Assembly: GCA_032718475.1 (NCBI GenBank)
Contig: JAUCBJ010005517.1
Span: 1-45,382 of the forward strand
Direction: 5' to 3'
Length of the DNA stretch: 45,382 nt
Source of the DNA: Nemertoderma westbladi
Taxonomy: Eukaryota; Animalia; Xenacoelomorpha
The notes under the pieces are model-generated. The model saw nothing but the letters and a program-made list of their open reading frames with translations. It was not told the DNA's origin and did no database searches. This document shows positions 10,834 through 22,811 of the stretch, in pieces. Position 1 is the stretch's first letter; every line of letters starts with the position of its first letter. A program made the position numbers and the translations under genes.

Positions 10834-10939
10834 CCCTGTCTGAGTGTGGGATTCTACTCCAACGGCCCTTTTCTATTTGCTGATTGTGGGACTTTAGTCG
10901 AACCCCGGTGAAGGCTAACCGAGCCGTAGATAGGCAGGG
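10834..10939 (+). other. Predicted multibranch RNA structure of unknown identity
   Basis: CCCTGTCT/AGGCAGGG closing stem (one G-U), GAGT/ACTC hairpin, ACGGCCC/GAGCCGT stem enclosing GAC-TTTA-GTC and GGT-GAAGGCTA-ACC hairpins. It is a GC-rich island in AT-rich DNA. Confidence 0.45.
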
Positions 10940-11140
10940 ATAAAAACTTTCACATTAGAGTAAATTGGGTGCGTTAGAATTCAGGTAAGTTAGAAATTGA
11001 CCGGTAAGTTCGAAATTTCGAGGCTAAATCTGGTTTACCTTTAATGCAATCTATAACAAGTTAATTCTCATACCGGACACTATATATGCAAAATTCTAAA
11101 ACGCAACTAAGTTTACCTACCAGGGTCTCTCTACTAGTGG

Positions 11141-11323
11141 CTAACGACACGGTATCATCCATGAATAAAATAATATGTATGATGCCCAGGAAAATGTTTT
11201 ATAGGCCTTGCGCAACATTGCAACCATTTGGTTAACATAAATACTAAATAACAAGCCACTAGATGGCGCACCTTGTCTGACCAATAGGTTTTTAGGAATA
11301 GTCGTAAAATTTCCGATTCCCAA
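11141..11323 (-). mobile_element. Short non-LTR reverse transcriptase fragment (different family from the RTE copies)
   Basis: VRQGAPSSGLLFSIYVN is the RT QG..SP.LF motif. A shifted frame gives LFMDDT (YADD-like). Confidence 0.7.
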
Positions 11324-11329
11324 CTACTT

Positions 11330-11410
11330 TTGTTTCAGAGTTATAACAAAAAAACCACGTGGGGTCATATTGAACCCCCCCCCCCCCCCCCCCGGGTTTA
11401 ATAGGTTTAA
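11330..11410. mobile_element. Possible terminus of a piggyBac-like MITE
   Basis: GGGGTCATATTGAACCCC, poly-C, then CGGGTTTAATAGGTTTAA, which resembles a ...GGG|TTAA end. No partner terminus found. Confidence 0.3.
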
Positions 11411-11419
11411 AGACGTCAA

Positions 11420-12966
11420 CAAAGGTAATAAATAGCTAGTTGTCTGTCTGTCTTTGTTGATAACTCTTCGATTATCCTTCTGAGCGCCAGAATGTGCCCC
11501 ATGTCCCACCACCTTTACGGAACCCATTTTGGTTCCCATGTAACAGTTTTTCAAAAGGATCCCTGATGCGATTTAATAGAATTCCATTGTATACCTTTGC
11601 AGCAAACGAGATCAGCCAGATTCCACGAAAATTTCCATAACTTGTTACTTTAGGTTGACCTTCTTTGGGACTGGCCTCAACTTATTTATTTTTATTTCTT
11701 GGTTCCAAACACTCACAGTAATTTAAAGACCCCAGGGGGCACGCCATCTACTCCACTGGCACGATTGCTCTTGATGCTCTTTGCTGCAGTCTTGATTTCT
11801 GCTAAGATGATGTCACCAATGTGGGGATATCTGTGAGTAAAGACTCAGATACACGATGTACCTCAAAATTATCAGGGAATGCCATGCTATTAGCCATTGT
11901 TTATAAGCTTCTGAAAGTGGGCCTTCCAACCATTGAGGCGTTAAACTAGAGATTCAGCTTTAACCTTGGTGGTTGGTTGGCTTTTTCTCCCAGTGAGCAG
12001 GTTTATTGATTGCCATGCCTGCTATTATCAGCAGGCAATCAAAATAAGTCTTAACTTGACCACAATAATGGGGTGATCACTGGAGAAGGTTCGAAGCGTA
12101 AAATGCTCTACAGTCTTGTACAGAGCTCCCGTATTTCCTACGAAACAGAATATGGTCTATCTGGGACTTCCAGAGATCGAGATGGAAGCCTGAAGATGGA
12201 CGGAATTTCGGTTAACACTATCGCTATAGACCCAGGGCGATGTAGGTGATTGATGCAGACTTACATTAAAGGAATCCCAGGAAAGTTAAGAATGCATGAT
12301 GATCCACTCCATCAATAGCTGCTTGTACTGAGGATTGTGGTAGACATTTTCTACCTCCTTTACTGGGGCAACACTAGTTGGAGAATAGCACACAATCAGA
12401 ACCACCTTAGGAAGTCACCTTAGCCAGTCATTCAGAACATGAGAAGTGGCAACGGATGATGAGGCTATTTTGTCCAATGCTTCATGTGCAGTAGGATTCA
12501 TCAATAGACCAATTCCACCATTACCACTATCATCTACTGGTGCGAGGGCGAGTCGCCAACCGACCCCCATTTCCTTAATCAGAACCTCATCAATCTGTTC
12601 AGTCCGCATTCGGTGCTCTTGAAAACCCACTTTGCTAGGGGAAAGCTTATCTGCCAGGGCAGTCAGCTCGCCTTGTCGCATTGATGACCTGAGTGTTAGG
12701 GTGTTAACTGACGCTAGTCAAAAGGCAGTCTAGTAACTTGCCTCAGGTTCAGCAATGGCTTGTTTGGTCGGGGTGGAACATGAGAGTAGCCTCCAACTCC
12801 AGAATCCCCCCCCCCCCCCCCCCCTCCTTCTTGGTGATCTAGGGTTTGGGACAGTAAGGTCTTCAGGAAAGGTACTCACAGAATTGTTGGCCGCTCTCTC
12901 TCCAGTAGGGGGTAAGACAGGCAACCGGTCAGGAGATAACTGACGCCTGTGAGTCCAATTGTGTCC
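11420..12966 (-). mobile_element. Decayed, internally deleted RTE-clade LINE copy (5' region, APE endonuclease, start of RT)
   Basis: ORF 12415..12681 (MRQGELTA...GWRLALA...GNGGIGLLM) is nearly identical to 18705..19001. 12840-12966 matches 20809-20936, showing the empty site of the solo LTR. Confidence 0.9.
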
Positions 12967-13535
12967 AATACTTAAATTATTATACTGTACATAAATAATT
13001 ATACATTTACATATTAGAAAACATTTATGTCACACAAAAATCTGAAACATCTTGGATCCAGCGACCCAGCTTATCTTTTATCGTTATGGGTCATTCGTAT
13101 CCGTAAATGTCCTTCGGGAGAAAGTACATGCATACTAAACTTAATTAACTTATCCGGTTAATTCTACCAAAAGGGAATGGGAAGGGACACATAAATTTAC
13201 TGCTACTATTATTATTTCTACAACAGTTATGATGAGGGGTGGGTGGGGGGGGGGGGGGGGGGGGTCAGTCCTGACATTCAAGTAAGTTAATATATTCCAG
13301 GACATATTGAAAACGTGTAGAGCAGTTTAGGCCTAAACATATTTCATAATTCAAACTTCATGCAACCGAGTTCCATCATAAAGCTAACGTAAAACAACCA
13401 ATCTTTCTCCAGTGTTTAGTAATTCTATATACGGAGGGATGAACATTTAACGAATATCTGAATAAAGATTACGCGCTGTATTTTTCCACATTTTATTTTT
13501 CTCCATATCTATTTCTAATCACTTCTGTCAGAGTC

Positions 13536-14115
13536 TTAATTCTTTCCCAAGCATCTCTTGAACATAGCAACCATGGACTTCTTCCACTGCTTGTTTAAAA
13601 GAGAATATATGAAGAAATTCACGTTTCCATTTACCGCAATACAAATTGTGGAAATACTCGAGAGGATTGACAAAGTAGCTTCAGAGAGACTAGAACGGGA
13701 GGCCAAGCCGTAAACCGTTAGAAATGAGGGCAGCCAAAACAGCATCCACGTTAAACATGTCACCAACAGCATCAACGTTATACTCTTCTCTACATCCGCT
13801 GATTGAGATTTATCACCACGTTTCTTCATTCTTATGACCAACTTAAAGATGATGATACCGTTGAATAGAAGCAGACTACCGAACGCAATACCGAGTAGAA
13901 GCTTGAATCCCAAGTAACACCCGCTTCTCATTGTCATATCGTACAGGCAATTATAGACCATCGTGCCGTTTACCGACTCAATATTGAGCTTGTGATTTAG
14001 AGAACATGGGATCGCCGTCAGGGCGGCCCCTATCATACTCGCGACAATCCCCAATGTTGTTATGACCGAGGCCAATTTCATCTTGTAACTAACTGGGAAA
14101 GATACGGCAACAGCC
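13536..14115 (-). CDS. Class A (rhodopsin-like) GPCR, exon 3 (end of TM3 to TM7 and C-tail)
   Basis: Acceptor TTTCATTTTCAG, phase 2. Encodes (R)AVAVSFP, TM5 LFNGIIIFKL, TM6 WMLFWLP and TM7 NGNVNFFIYSL. In frame with ORF 13536..14081. Confidence 0.88.
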
Positions 14116-14294
14116 CTGAAAATGAAACAAGAATGATTTGTGATTTCCGGCTTGTTAATTTTTGTTTATTTATAAAAACGCAATAAAAAAAAAAGCGACC
14201 CACGAAGTGGTAGGCCTATCTACAACCGTAAAAAAAACGTGGTAATATATCGCAGGAAGTGTTTGCTTTGATTATTTATAACAATAATATATAA

Positions 14295-14536
14295 GCAGCA
14301 GCTTGGTCTAGTGGATATATTCCTGGGCTTCAATTTAGGAAGCCCTGGTTCGATCCCAAGATGGGGCAGCATTGTTTGGGCATACTGCTTTAAATGCTGC
14401 AGCCTAGTCCAACTCTTGCTTTCATCATTCACTGGTTGATGAAAGGGAACCGATTGTTTTAAAGAAACGTTTAATATTAAAGTTAGAAAGGATGGAAGGC
14501 AAAGCGCTAACCAGTATTCTTCCATCATCCATCCAT
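14295..14536 (+). mobile_element. tRNA-derived SINE with a probable Nin/Deu-type central domain
   Basis: A box TGGTCTAGTGG (14304-14314), B box GGTTCGATCCC (14347-14357). CCAACTCTTGCTTTCATCATTCACTGGTTGATGAAAGGGAACC resembles the Nin/Deu core as I recall it. Confidence 0.6.
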
Positions 14537-14994
14537 GTTCTAAATTTTTTGTAACCTTACAACCTTAGTATGGGCCGGTTTAAGCACCAGCATTGTCACT
14601 GCAGTTCAGCTTAGGTCTGTATACTGTATTTTAGTACTTTTTATTAGAAAATATGGAATGCGTAGGAGAAAGTCTTATCACATACAGTACCAACCATCTA
14701 TAATATGATACTGTCCATCCCAAGGCCGCCTGGGGCCTTGGGTGTAAATGCCAAGGGGTGTAATTTTTTATTAATATAAACCTTATAGTATTTCTGAACT
14801 CTATTTTTTTGTACGTGCTTTGAGCTTTTTAATATAAAGGATAATTACTTTATTCCCTCTACATGGCATTATGTACTGTATAATGTAATTCCGGTAAAAT
14901 TTCAAAAACCTTTTACTCATTAGATGGTTAAATGTAGTAATAGGCTACAGTATAAAGTTACATTTCAATGGCATAATGTCTGTTGTATTCAGTA

Positions 14995-15640
14995 GACCAT
15001 GTCTTGGAATATATTATCGTATTTCAGTGACACGCCCCCACCCCCCAATTTTTTTTTATTAATCTTAATGAGATAGCGTGAAATTTGAAACAGATAGTTT
15101 TTTACCTCCCTCCTCCTCCTTGCTGGGTGAGCCAGAATGTTTAGTTTAGCTTAGCTACAAGCGTTTGAAAAAGGTGTCCTCGGCATTAGCTCACCAGTTA
15201 CACCTACAGTACACTGCAGTTATTATTTTTCAACCTTGTAGTGATTTGTTGGTACAGTACCAATGGCCGTGCAAAGATTTCAAATATGTAAAAACAGTTC
15301 AATTTGGTTGATATATTTGCGTTCGAAAGTTGCATGTATTTGCTTCCTATGCAGGCCATTTTGCAAGCAAGCAAACAGTCGGCCGAAGCCGGAGGCGATC
15401 CGAAGGCTCCTCTTTCGATAGCCGAGGGTAGGGGTGGCGCTACTCCTGTCCCAGGCCATTTCAGTCTACTGTATTTAATAAATACACCATATTCTGGAAC
15501 ATTTTGTTTATCCCATAAGTAGCTGGGCAACAATGCAATGACTCGTTAAGGATACTATAACGTAGCTATTCATACATATACAAAATGTTCTAGAATATGG
15601 TGATTTTATTTAATAGCATTAAATAGCCTCGCGCTGGTGA
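14995..15640 (+). mobile_element. Family A repeat, copy 2, interrupted at ~15260-15580
   Basis: Shares AATCTTAATGAGAT..TGAAATTTGAAACAGA, CTGGGTGAGCCAGAAT and TAGCTACAAGCGTTTGAAAAAGGTGTC with 520-650. Similarity resumes at AAAATGTTCTAGAATATGG (15582). Confidence 0.7.
15362..15462 (-). mobile_element. 3' fragment of a SINE with (TTGC)n tail
   Basis: GGCGATCCGAAGGCTCCTCTTTCGATAGC...TAGGGGTGGCGCTACTCC resembles, from memory, the conserved 3' half of widespread metazoan (Meta-type) SINEs. GCAAGCAAGCAA is the tail. Confidence 0.45.
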
Positions 15641-15956
15641 CATATTTGAAAGTGAGACATATTTACGATGTTATTGTTTCTATTGTTTATATTTAGTACC
15701 GACTATGTTATTTAGTGCAATTTGTGAAGTATTATGTGTTGTAATTTACGCCTGTTTAGGCTGTGGGCATATATATATATAAATATTAAATAAAATGCTA
15801 CATTAAAAAACGAATCATCTAATCACCAATGTAGAGTACTCTTTGCCCAGACACTATGCAAGGTCATATGTTTCGAGTCTACTGTACATTAGATATACAG
15901 TCTTAGCACTCAACGATTGCACCAAACCGATTCTTTGCTAGGCAACTTAAACCTAC

Positions 15957-16096
15957 CTGTCAATCGAAATAACGACGATGATAAAAATAGGGAAATACAT
16001 GGTAACAGCGTAGGTAGAGTTCTCAAAGTTACAATTAAAATGTTTCCATTGGTATGTATCATTTAAGGTTTCAATGTATACTCCAAGCTTGACAAC
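15957..16096 (-). CDS. Class A GPCR, exon 2 (end of TM2, ECL1, TM3); absent from the ORF track
   Basis: Acceptor TTTCTTTCCTACCTAG, donor AG|GTAGGT. 140 bp encoding VVKLGVYIETLNDTYQWKHFNCNFENSTYAVTMYFPIFIIVVISID(R), with the conserved TM3 Cys and DR motif. Phases 0/2 fit both neighbouring exons. Confidence 0.88.
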
Positions 16097-16164
16097 CTAG
16101 GTAGGAAAGAAATGAAACATTTGAATACTTTACAACAGTAGGCCTACACTCTCTAGCTTCTAGG

Positions 16165-19100
16165 ATCGGCATGCTGCATTGTAACTGCATTTTTAAGAAT
16201 GCTTTGCCGGTTTGTCGACAAAATTGCGCCGCCACAACATGACATTTACTACATCATCCGCACCTTCAAGGCCAGTGTCCTTTAAGATGCGTCTCAAGAA
16301 AGTCATGGGCTGTCGACCATGCTTATTCACTCCATGAGGCTGCCAAAGCACAAGATTATGCACTGGCTGGTCCTCACGGCGAACGCAATGTCCTGCAAAG
16401 CGGATGCGACTTTGTTCTAGTGTCAAGCTTGGGGGAACCAATGAGACACCTCCAATGTTATATAGTGTCTGGTCGGAGATGTGTACATTGTACTTGACAC
16501 AATGAACCCGGCGCAGCATTCTTGTGAATGTGCCATCCAAAGATTTGGTGTCCTCAGCAGTTAGAGCCCAGCATGGACTCCCATTGAGGAGTACTGGAAG
16601 TACTGCTGCTCTAACTAAATAATTGAACCTTAAGTTTCCGATTAATTCTCTGTGACTTCCAAATCCTGGAAAGCCTATTCAAGGCTGCCCATGCCTTTCC
16701 CTTACGTATTCGAAGGTCCTCACCTGATTTCCGGATCCATGATCCCAGGTATCAGAAGTCATCCACATGCTCGAGCATACCATCCTTTGAGCTTATGATC
16801 ATCCGATCAGAGACTTGCTGAGGACTTTCAAAGTTAACTGTCAAAATTTTGGTCTTTTTGGAGTTAATAAAAAGACCAACACTAGAAGCAGCCTGTTCTA
16901 ATGAGCCGTTGGGCTCCCTCTAGTGATTCTGAGAGTACTCCTAAGTCAAAAGCAAAGTCTAGATCAGTTAAGTATTTGGCAGGATATCCTCTATTTCTGG
17001 AGCCAGTAGGTGGAGTTACCATCACCCCATCATCATTATGATGATCTAAGGACATGCGTAGAACATAGTCAACCACAATTATGAACAAGAATGGCGCAAG
17101 TGTGTCTCCCTGAAGGACTCCCCATAACACTTCTAATGGTTCTGTGTCACTGTCAGCAGTAGACACAAATGTTGTTGAACCATCGTATACTGATCTGATT
17201 GCTGCAATAATTTCATCAGGAATCCCATATAATGAAAGTATGGTGAACACGTGAGCGAGAGACTGAATCAAAGGCCTTGAAGAGGTCAACAAGGATAACA
17301 GCCAGATGCCTATCTTTCTTTTTTGATTACTCTTCAATTATCCTTGGGCTCCATGGTCCCACGACCTTTACGGAACCCATTCTTATTTCCACGGAGCAGT
17401 CTCTCAATGGGATCCCTGATGCGGTTTAATATAATTCTATTGTATAGCTTTGCAGCAAACGAGATCAGTGAGATTCCCCGAAATGAACCCTAGAGTGTTA
17501 GGTTGCCCTTCTTGGGAACTGGCACCAACTTATTTGTTTTCATTTCTTGTGGGACTCTTGTTGTTCGGTACATGTCTACTATGATGGGATAGATGAGCTT
17601 TAAACACTCAGGTATTTTAAAGACCTCAGGGGGGACACAATCTAATCCACTGGGACGATTGGTCTTAATGCTCTTTGCAGCAGCCTTAACTTCTGCGAAG
17701 GAGATATGGCCAATGGAAATATCTGGGAGTACAGACTCAGACACTTTTACTTCTATAAAGTTATCAGACAATACCCTGTCATTATTGAGGAGCTTTTCAA
17801 TGTGGGCCTTCCAACCATTGAGGCGATTGGCTGGTGATTCTGCCTTAACCTTGGTGGTTGGTTGGCCTTTCCATCCAGTAAGCAAGTTGATTGACTTCCA
17901 TGCCTGGGATGATTGCCTGCTGTCGTCGACATCATTGATGGCACCAACCTGTTGGTTTATTAACTCCTGTAGTACTGCCTGTTCAGGGACCTAGATGCAG
18001 CATTAACTGCATTCCTGGCAGCTGTGGTCTGTTTGAGTCGGGACTCTTTCTGTGCCTTATAAAGGTCATTTCGGCACTTCTGAATTTTGTGGTCAGTCCA
18101 GGGGGCCTTTTTCCTGTTTCGAGGGTACATAGGAACTGTTTCTGCAGCTGCTAACTTAACTCTTCTGTGAAGGCAGTATATCCCTCGCAGTGATCTGCCG
18201 CCTCAGAGGCAAGAACTTCATACCTGTTGCTCAGCTGTAGTGTGAAGCTGGATCTCACACTTGGCTGTTGCAACAGAGAGGACTAGTCATGCCGCGGCAA
18301 GGCAGATTTCGTGTTCTGCTAGCACGGAGACTAAGTCTTACCTTTAAGGTGGTGATCACTGGAGAAGGGTCGAAGTGTAAATGCATTATAGTCTTGTATA
18401 GAGCTCCTGTATTTTCTACGAAATAGAATATGGTCTATCTGGGACTTGTGACGACTGGGTCCAATATGAGTCCGTAGCTTTCCAGTTCGCTTCTTGAACT
18501 GGGTTCCAGCTGAAAACAGTCCATTTCCAGAGATGAAAACCTGAAGATGGACGGAATTTCGGTTAACACTATCGCTATAGACCCAGGGCGATGTAGGGGA
18601 GTGATACAGACTTGCATTAAAGTCTCCCAGGAATGTTAAGAATGCATGCTGATCCACTCCAACAGTAGCTGCTTGTAGATTGTGGTAGAAATTTTCCACC
18701 TCCTCTACTGGGGCAACACTAGTTGGAGAACATCCTGAACACCTGAACATGAGAAGTGGCAAGTGATGCGGTTAGAGATTTGGTCTATTTTGTCCAATGC
18801 TGCATGTGCAGTTGGATTCATCAATAGACCAATTCCACCATTGCCACTATCATCTTCTGATGCGAGGGCGAGTCGCCAACCGCCCCCCATGTCCTTAATC
18901 AGAACCTCATCAGTCTGTCCAGTCTGCATTTGGTGCTCTTTAATACCCACTGTGCTAAGAGAAAGCTTATCTGCAAAGGCAGTCAGCTCACCTTGTCGCA
19001 TTGGGGCCCGAGTGTTAGGTTGTTAACTGAGGCTAGTCTAGTGACTTGCCTCAGATTCACCAATTGCTTGGTTGGTCGGGGTTGAACATGAGAGTAGCCT

Positions 19101-21470
19101 CCAACTCCAGAATCCCTCTCCCCGCCCCCCTCACAATCTGGCATCCCTAGTGACACAGTGTAATGGATTTCTCGTGCTTCTTGGCACGATAAGCACCTAA
19201 AACGGCTTTGTATCTCTAAAAGTTCCAAGGGGTGCTATACTTTCCCTTATTGTTTTGGTTCCCGGCTGATATGAAATATTTCCCACAAGAACACGGTCCT
19301 TCAATGACTTGTTATTTACGAACGTCCACAACCCTTTAATATAGTGCAAAAACACAGTGATTTCTGTTCTTCCCAAGATGTATATTGCTCCCTTCTGGCA
19401 TATAAAAATATTGTACTGTAACACCATAGAAAAACCTCTGGGATGAGGAAAAGAGGAGAAGCCGGGTGAGGGATGCTTTGGGTCCGTTAGGATCCAAAGT
19501 ATAGCCTCAAATTAATCAAACAATCCAAAATATACAGAAAAATACAGTGTTTTTAGTCGTTTCGTTATGCTGAAAAATACACTGAGAAAAATATAATCAA
19601 AGTCGTAAAAATAATCTATGGGCAGTGAAAAAGTCGTGGAAACAAAGGTCGTAGAAAATCAGAGTTATGGGAAATCGTAATAAACTTGGTGCAACTTCAC
19701 GCTATTGGAACTTGGTGATAGTGTGCAGAACACCAGTACCGTGTGAGTCCAAAACAGGGGTGGGACCGATTGGACGCAAACGGTTAGCTGTTACTTTGCC
19801 CTCAAAACTATACCGTCGATCCCGGCGAGCCTGGGATGAACTGTATAGAGTGCACAAGCACTACTACCGTAACTGACAGAGTCGAAGGGAAACTGCTACT
19901 TTGCCCCCAAAACTAAATAGTCGGTCCTGAGACGAACTAAGTAGCCAGTGGACAGAGTGCGCGAGCGCTCTGGGGCTAGTTAGCCAGCGAAACTCAGTCC
20001 TAGGCGGAATCGTCTTACCTTCCCAGCAATCGCGAAACCGCTAAGGCCGGCCTGGGAACAAACCTCCGAGCACCTCTACCTCGGAGCAGAGCTCACTTTA
20101 AGGCTAGTCAGCCAAAACTCAGTCCTTGGCGGAACCGTCTTGCCTTTCCAGCAACCACGAACCCGCTAAGACCGGCCTGGGAACAAAGATGCCCTCTACC
20201 TTGGAGAAGAGCCTAGTTTAGCTGACGAGGTGGCCAACTATAAGGCTGGTTTTTGGGACTGACTTTTCCATCCAAATGTGGCCCCTTTTAAACCTGGTGT
20301 GGGGTCAATATGAAGTTGACCTCTAATTATCACCTAAACACAGTTTGTCTTTCCTGTGCAGAGAATTTATGTTCAGCCCATGTAAATATAATTAATGCGT
20401 GGTTGTTTGACTGACCCATAACCGATTATTGATGAACGGCAATAGAGTTTAATGGTTATCAATTATTCATTTGTTAATAACTAGGTGAGAGTAATAGGTG
20501 GGGGAGGTTGGCATACTAAGGGGCCAATGAGAGAAAGGAGGGAGGTTGTGTAGCGATCTCCTTCATTGGATTTCAGTGATTTGTAGGGGTGTAACCGGCA
20601 ATATTGGTTGGAGTTTGTGGGTGAGGCCGGCTAAGGATGTCTGGGATGGAAATATGTCGTAATATTGGATATAATCAGAGATAAATATTACGGTGAGAAA
20701 GGGGGAAAGGGAGTAATTGTGTAGTGATTATTGTATTTTTAAATCACAGTCACGACGGAGTGTATTTTTTATGTTTGCCTACGGAGGCGCGAAAAATCGA
20801 TTACACAAAGGGTTTGGGCAAGAAAGATCATCAGGAAAGGGACTCACAGAATTGTTGGCCACTCTCTCTCTCCAGTAGGGGGTGAGACAGGCAGCCGGTC
20901 AGGAGATAACTGACGCCTGTGAGGCCAATTGTGTCCGGTAATTCCACTGGCCTCTAGTGGTCGGACCTCCGCATTGCTAATGTAATCCATAGTTGGGGTT
21001 GGGGGTGCTTTTTTGCCGAGTCAGCTCTCGGGGCAAATACCACACCCTGGTTTGCCATTCCATAGGGTGGGTGTCGCAGTGGAGTCAGATATTAGACCCA
21101 TCACCCATAACTACTCTGACGCACATGACCCACCATTGGCTGTGTAGCTCATCCGCTGGGCCATGCCCTGTACCCCTGCTGCCAGGTACAGGTCGCAGTG
21201 AAGTGCACTCAGAGTGGACATGAGAACACTCTACTCCTGACCAGCCATTGGTAGATCCCCATCTGCCTAGCCAGGCCATATACCCCTGCAGCCAAGTATA
21301 TGGGTCCTTAATCCAGGACCAAGGGTGTCCTTATCCAAGAATGAAGGGGGTCCTAGTTACAGGACCATAATTGCCCTAGTAAGAGGGTAGGTCTATGCAG
21401 CCACAGGTGGCACCTCCTTTATGCTGCATGGAGGTGGCAAGTTTTCTTGATCAACGACCTGACCTGATAC
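16165..21470 (-). mobile_element. Near full-length, frameshifted RTE-clade LINE (APE + RT) in GPCR intron 1, split by a solo LTR at 19159-20805
   Basis: APE motifs LGDFNA, SQIDHILF, SSDH. RT motifs KLVPVPKKGNL, GVLQGDTLAPFLFIIVVDYVLR, TDLDFA(D)DL. C-terminal RIRFAGHCVRRE. GC-rich structured 5' region at 20806-21470. Several stops and frameshifts. Confidence 0.92.
19159..20805. mobile_element. Solo LTR (1647 bp) inserted into the RTE LINE
   Basis: TGTAATGGATTT...AAATCGATTACA (TG...CA, 11/12 inverted match). 5-bp TSD CACAG/CAAAG (1 mismatch). The uninterrupted paralogue at 12780-12966 lacks it. Internal ~125-bp tandem duplication at 19975-20215. Confidence 0.8.
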
Positions 21471-21803
21471 TAGCTAAACAACTGTACAACTTTAAAGTAG
21501 GCCTACGATAACTACTGTAGGCCTGTAGTTAGATTTATTCTAAAATAATGTTGTTATTTTTTATTTCATATGTTTAAAAAATACGAGAATTCCTGAACAT
21601 ATCAGTAAGGCCAAGATGTACAGTATGGGGTTGATACTATGTATGTACTACAGTATGTAGTGAGGTCTACTCTACTGGAACTGTTAGTAAATGATTTGGA
21701 TATACAGATGTGGCGTATCCATTTAGCAAACAAGTTACAGTATTTGATCTAGGGTTGATTCTGTCAGGTAATTATTCGTTAAAAAATAACAAGACAAACT
21801 CAC

Positions 21804-22013
21804 CAAAGCCATTACAAGTGAAATGGAATCGCCGATTGCCAGGGCGACAATCAATTTATTATGAGCACTAGTCAGAGACGGCGTTAAGGCTACCGTTGAT
21901 ATGACAATACCGTTGAGAATTAACCCTGTAGGTACAAGTATAACTCTAATCATTAGGGCAGCCTTATTAAAGCCCTCAACATTATCCCAATCATAATTTA
22001 GGGAACTACTCAT
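21804..22013 (-). CDS. Class A GPCR, exon 1 (N-terminus, TM1, TM2)
   Basis: ATG at 22013; TM1 GLILNG, TM2 LAIGD. Consensus phase-0 donor TTG|GTGAGT at 21803-21798. Spliced CDS is 210+140+580 = 930 nt = 309 aa. NFFIY and DR.xAV..P motifs suggest the FMRFamide/sex-peptide-receptor-like or chemoreceptor-like group. Confidence 0.88.
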
Positions 22014-22811
22014 GATGAAGATTGGTATAGTGCCCCCTGTGCTGGGTATTCGGCCTTACAGAAAATCGGCCTACTTCCTAAGCTGACCTCTGCGCGCTTA
22101 TATTCTTTCCTCACACAGATCCGAAGTTTATGCTTTGCTATGTCAACTGGTAAAACCTGCACAAATATATTTTTACAAGAACATAAAATCCAAGAAAATC
22201 TTGTCCCCAGTTATGGTTAAAAATAATGAGATAACTAAAAATGTTTCTCTCCTTATCCAATAGAAAACGAATTTAAAAATTCATATAATATCCGGATTTT
22301 TTTCAACCAATCCCAAATGAAAATATTTGGTTGGTTTTCTTTGGAAAGTCACCATACTGCCATAAACTACGGAAATTAAATGCGATTAATCAATTCTTCC
22401 CCCTTGATTATGTCTGAACTTTCCTAATTCGCAATGATATGATACTGCATGTGCATCCTCTAGTACAGTATGAACGAACCCCTTGGAAGCTGATCATATA
22501 ATAAGTTTCTAATCATTGTGCACAAATTAATTGAAATACAGCAGCACCAATCACAAACACAAGAGCGTATCCGCATAACGGCATGGTCTAAACAGAAAAA
22601 GTAACAATAAACTAACAAAATACCTTGGGATTGTCCCTATTTCCCAACACACTGGGCTTTACTTTGTACACGTACTGTACATGCACCTGTACAGACACAC
22701 ACTTGTACAACCCCCATTCTGGGGACCGTTACTGTATTTATATTGATCGGTTCTGAAATATTGATTCCCATATAACTTCTTTAATCTTATAATTTTTATT
22801 GGTGTTACATT

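Noticed and set aside
20940-21470. Canonical HDV-like ribozyme at the RTE 5' end
   Set aside because: I could not assemble P1/P1.1/P2/P3 with a catalytic C; only the simple pseudoknot and hairpins are supported.
21735-21803. ORF-track extension of GPCR exon 1 to a stop at 21735
   Set aside because: A consensus phase-0 donor at 21803 matches exon 2, so the extension is intronic read-through.
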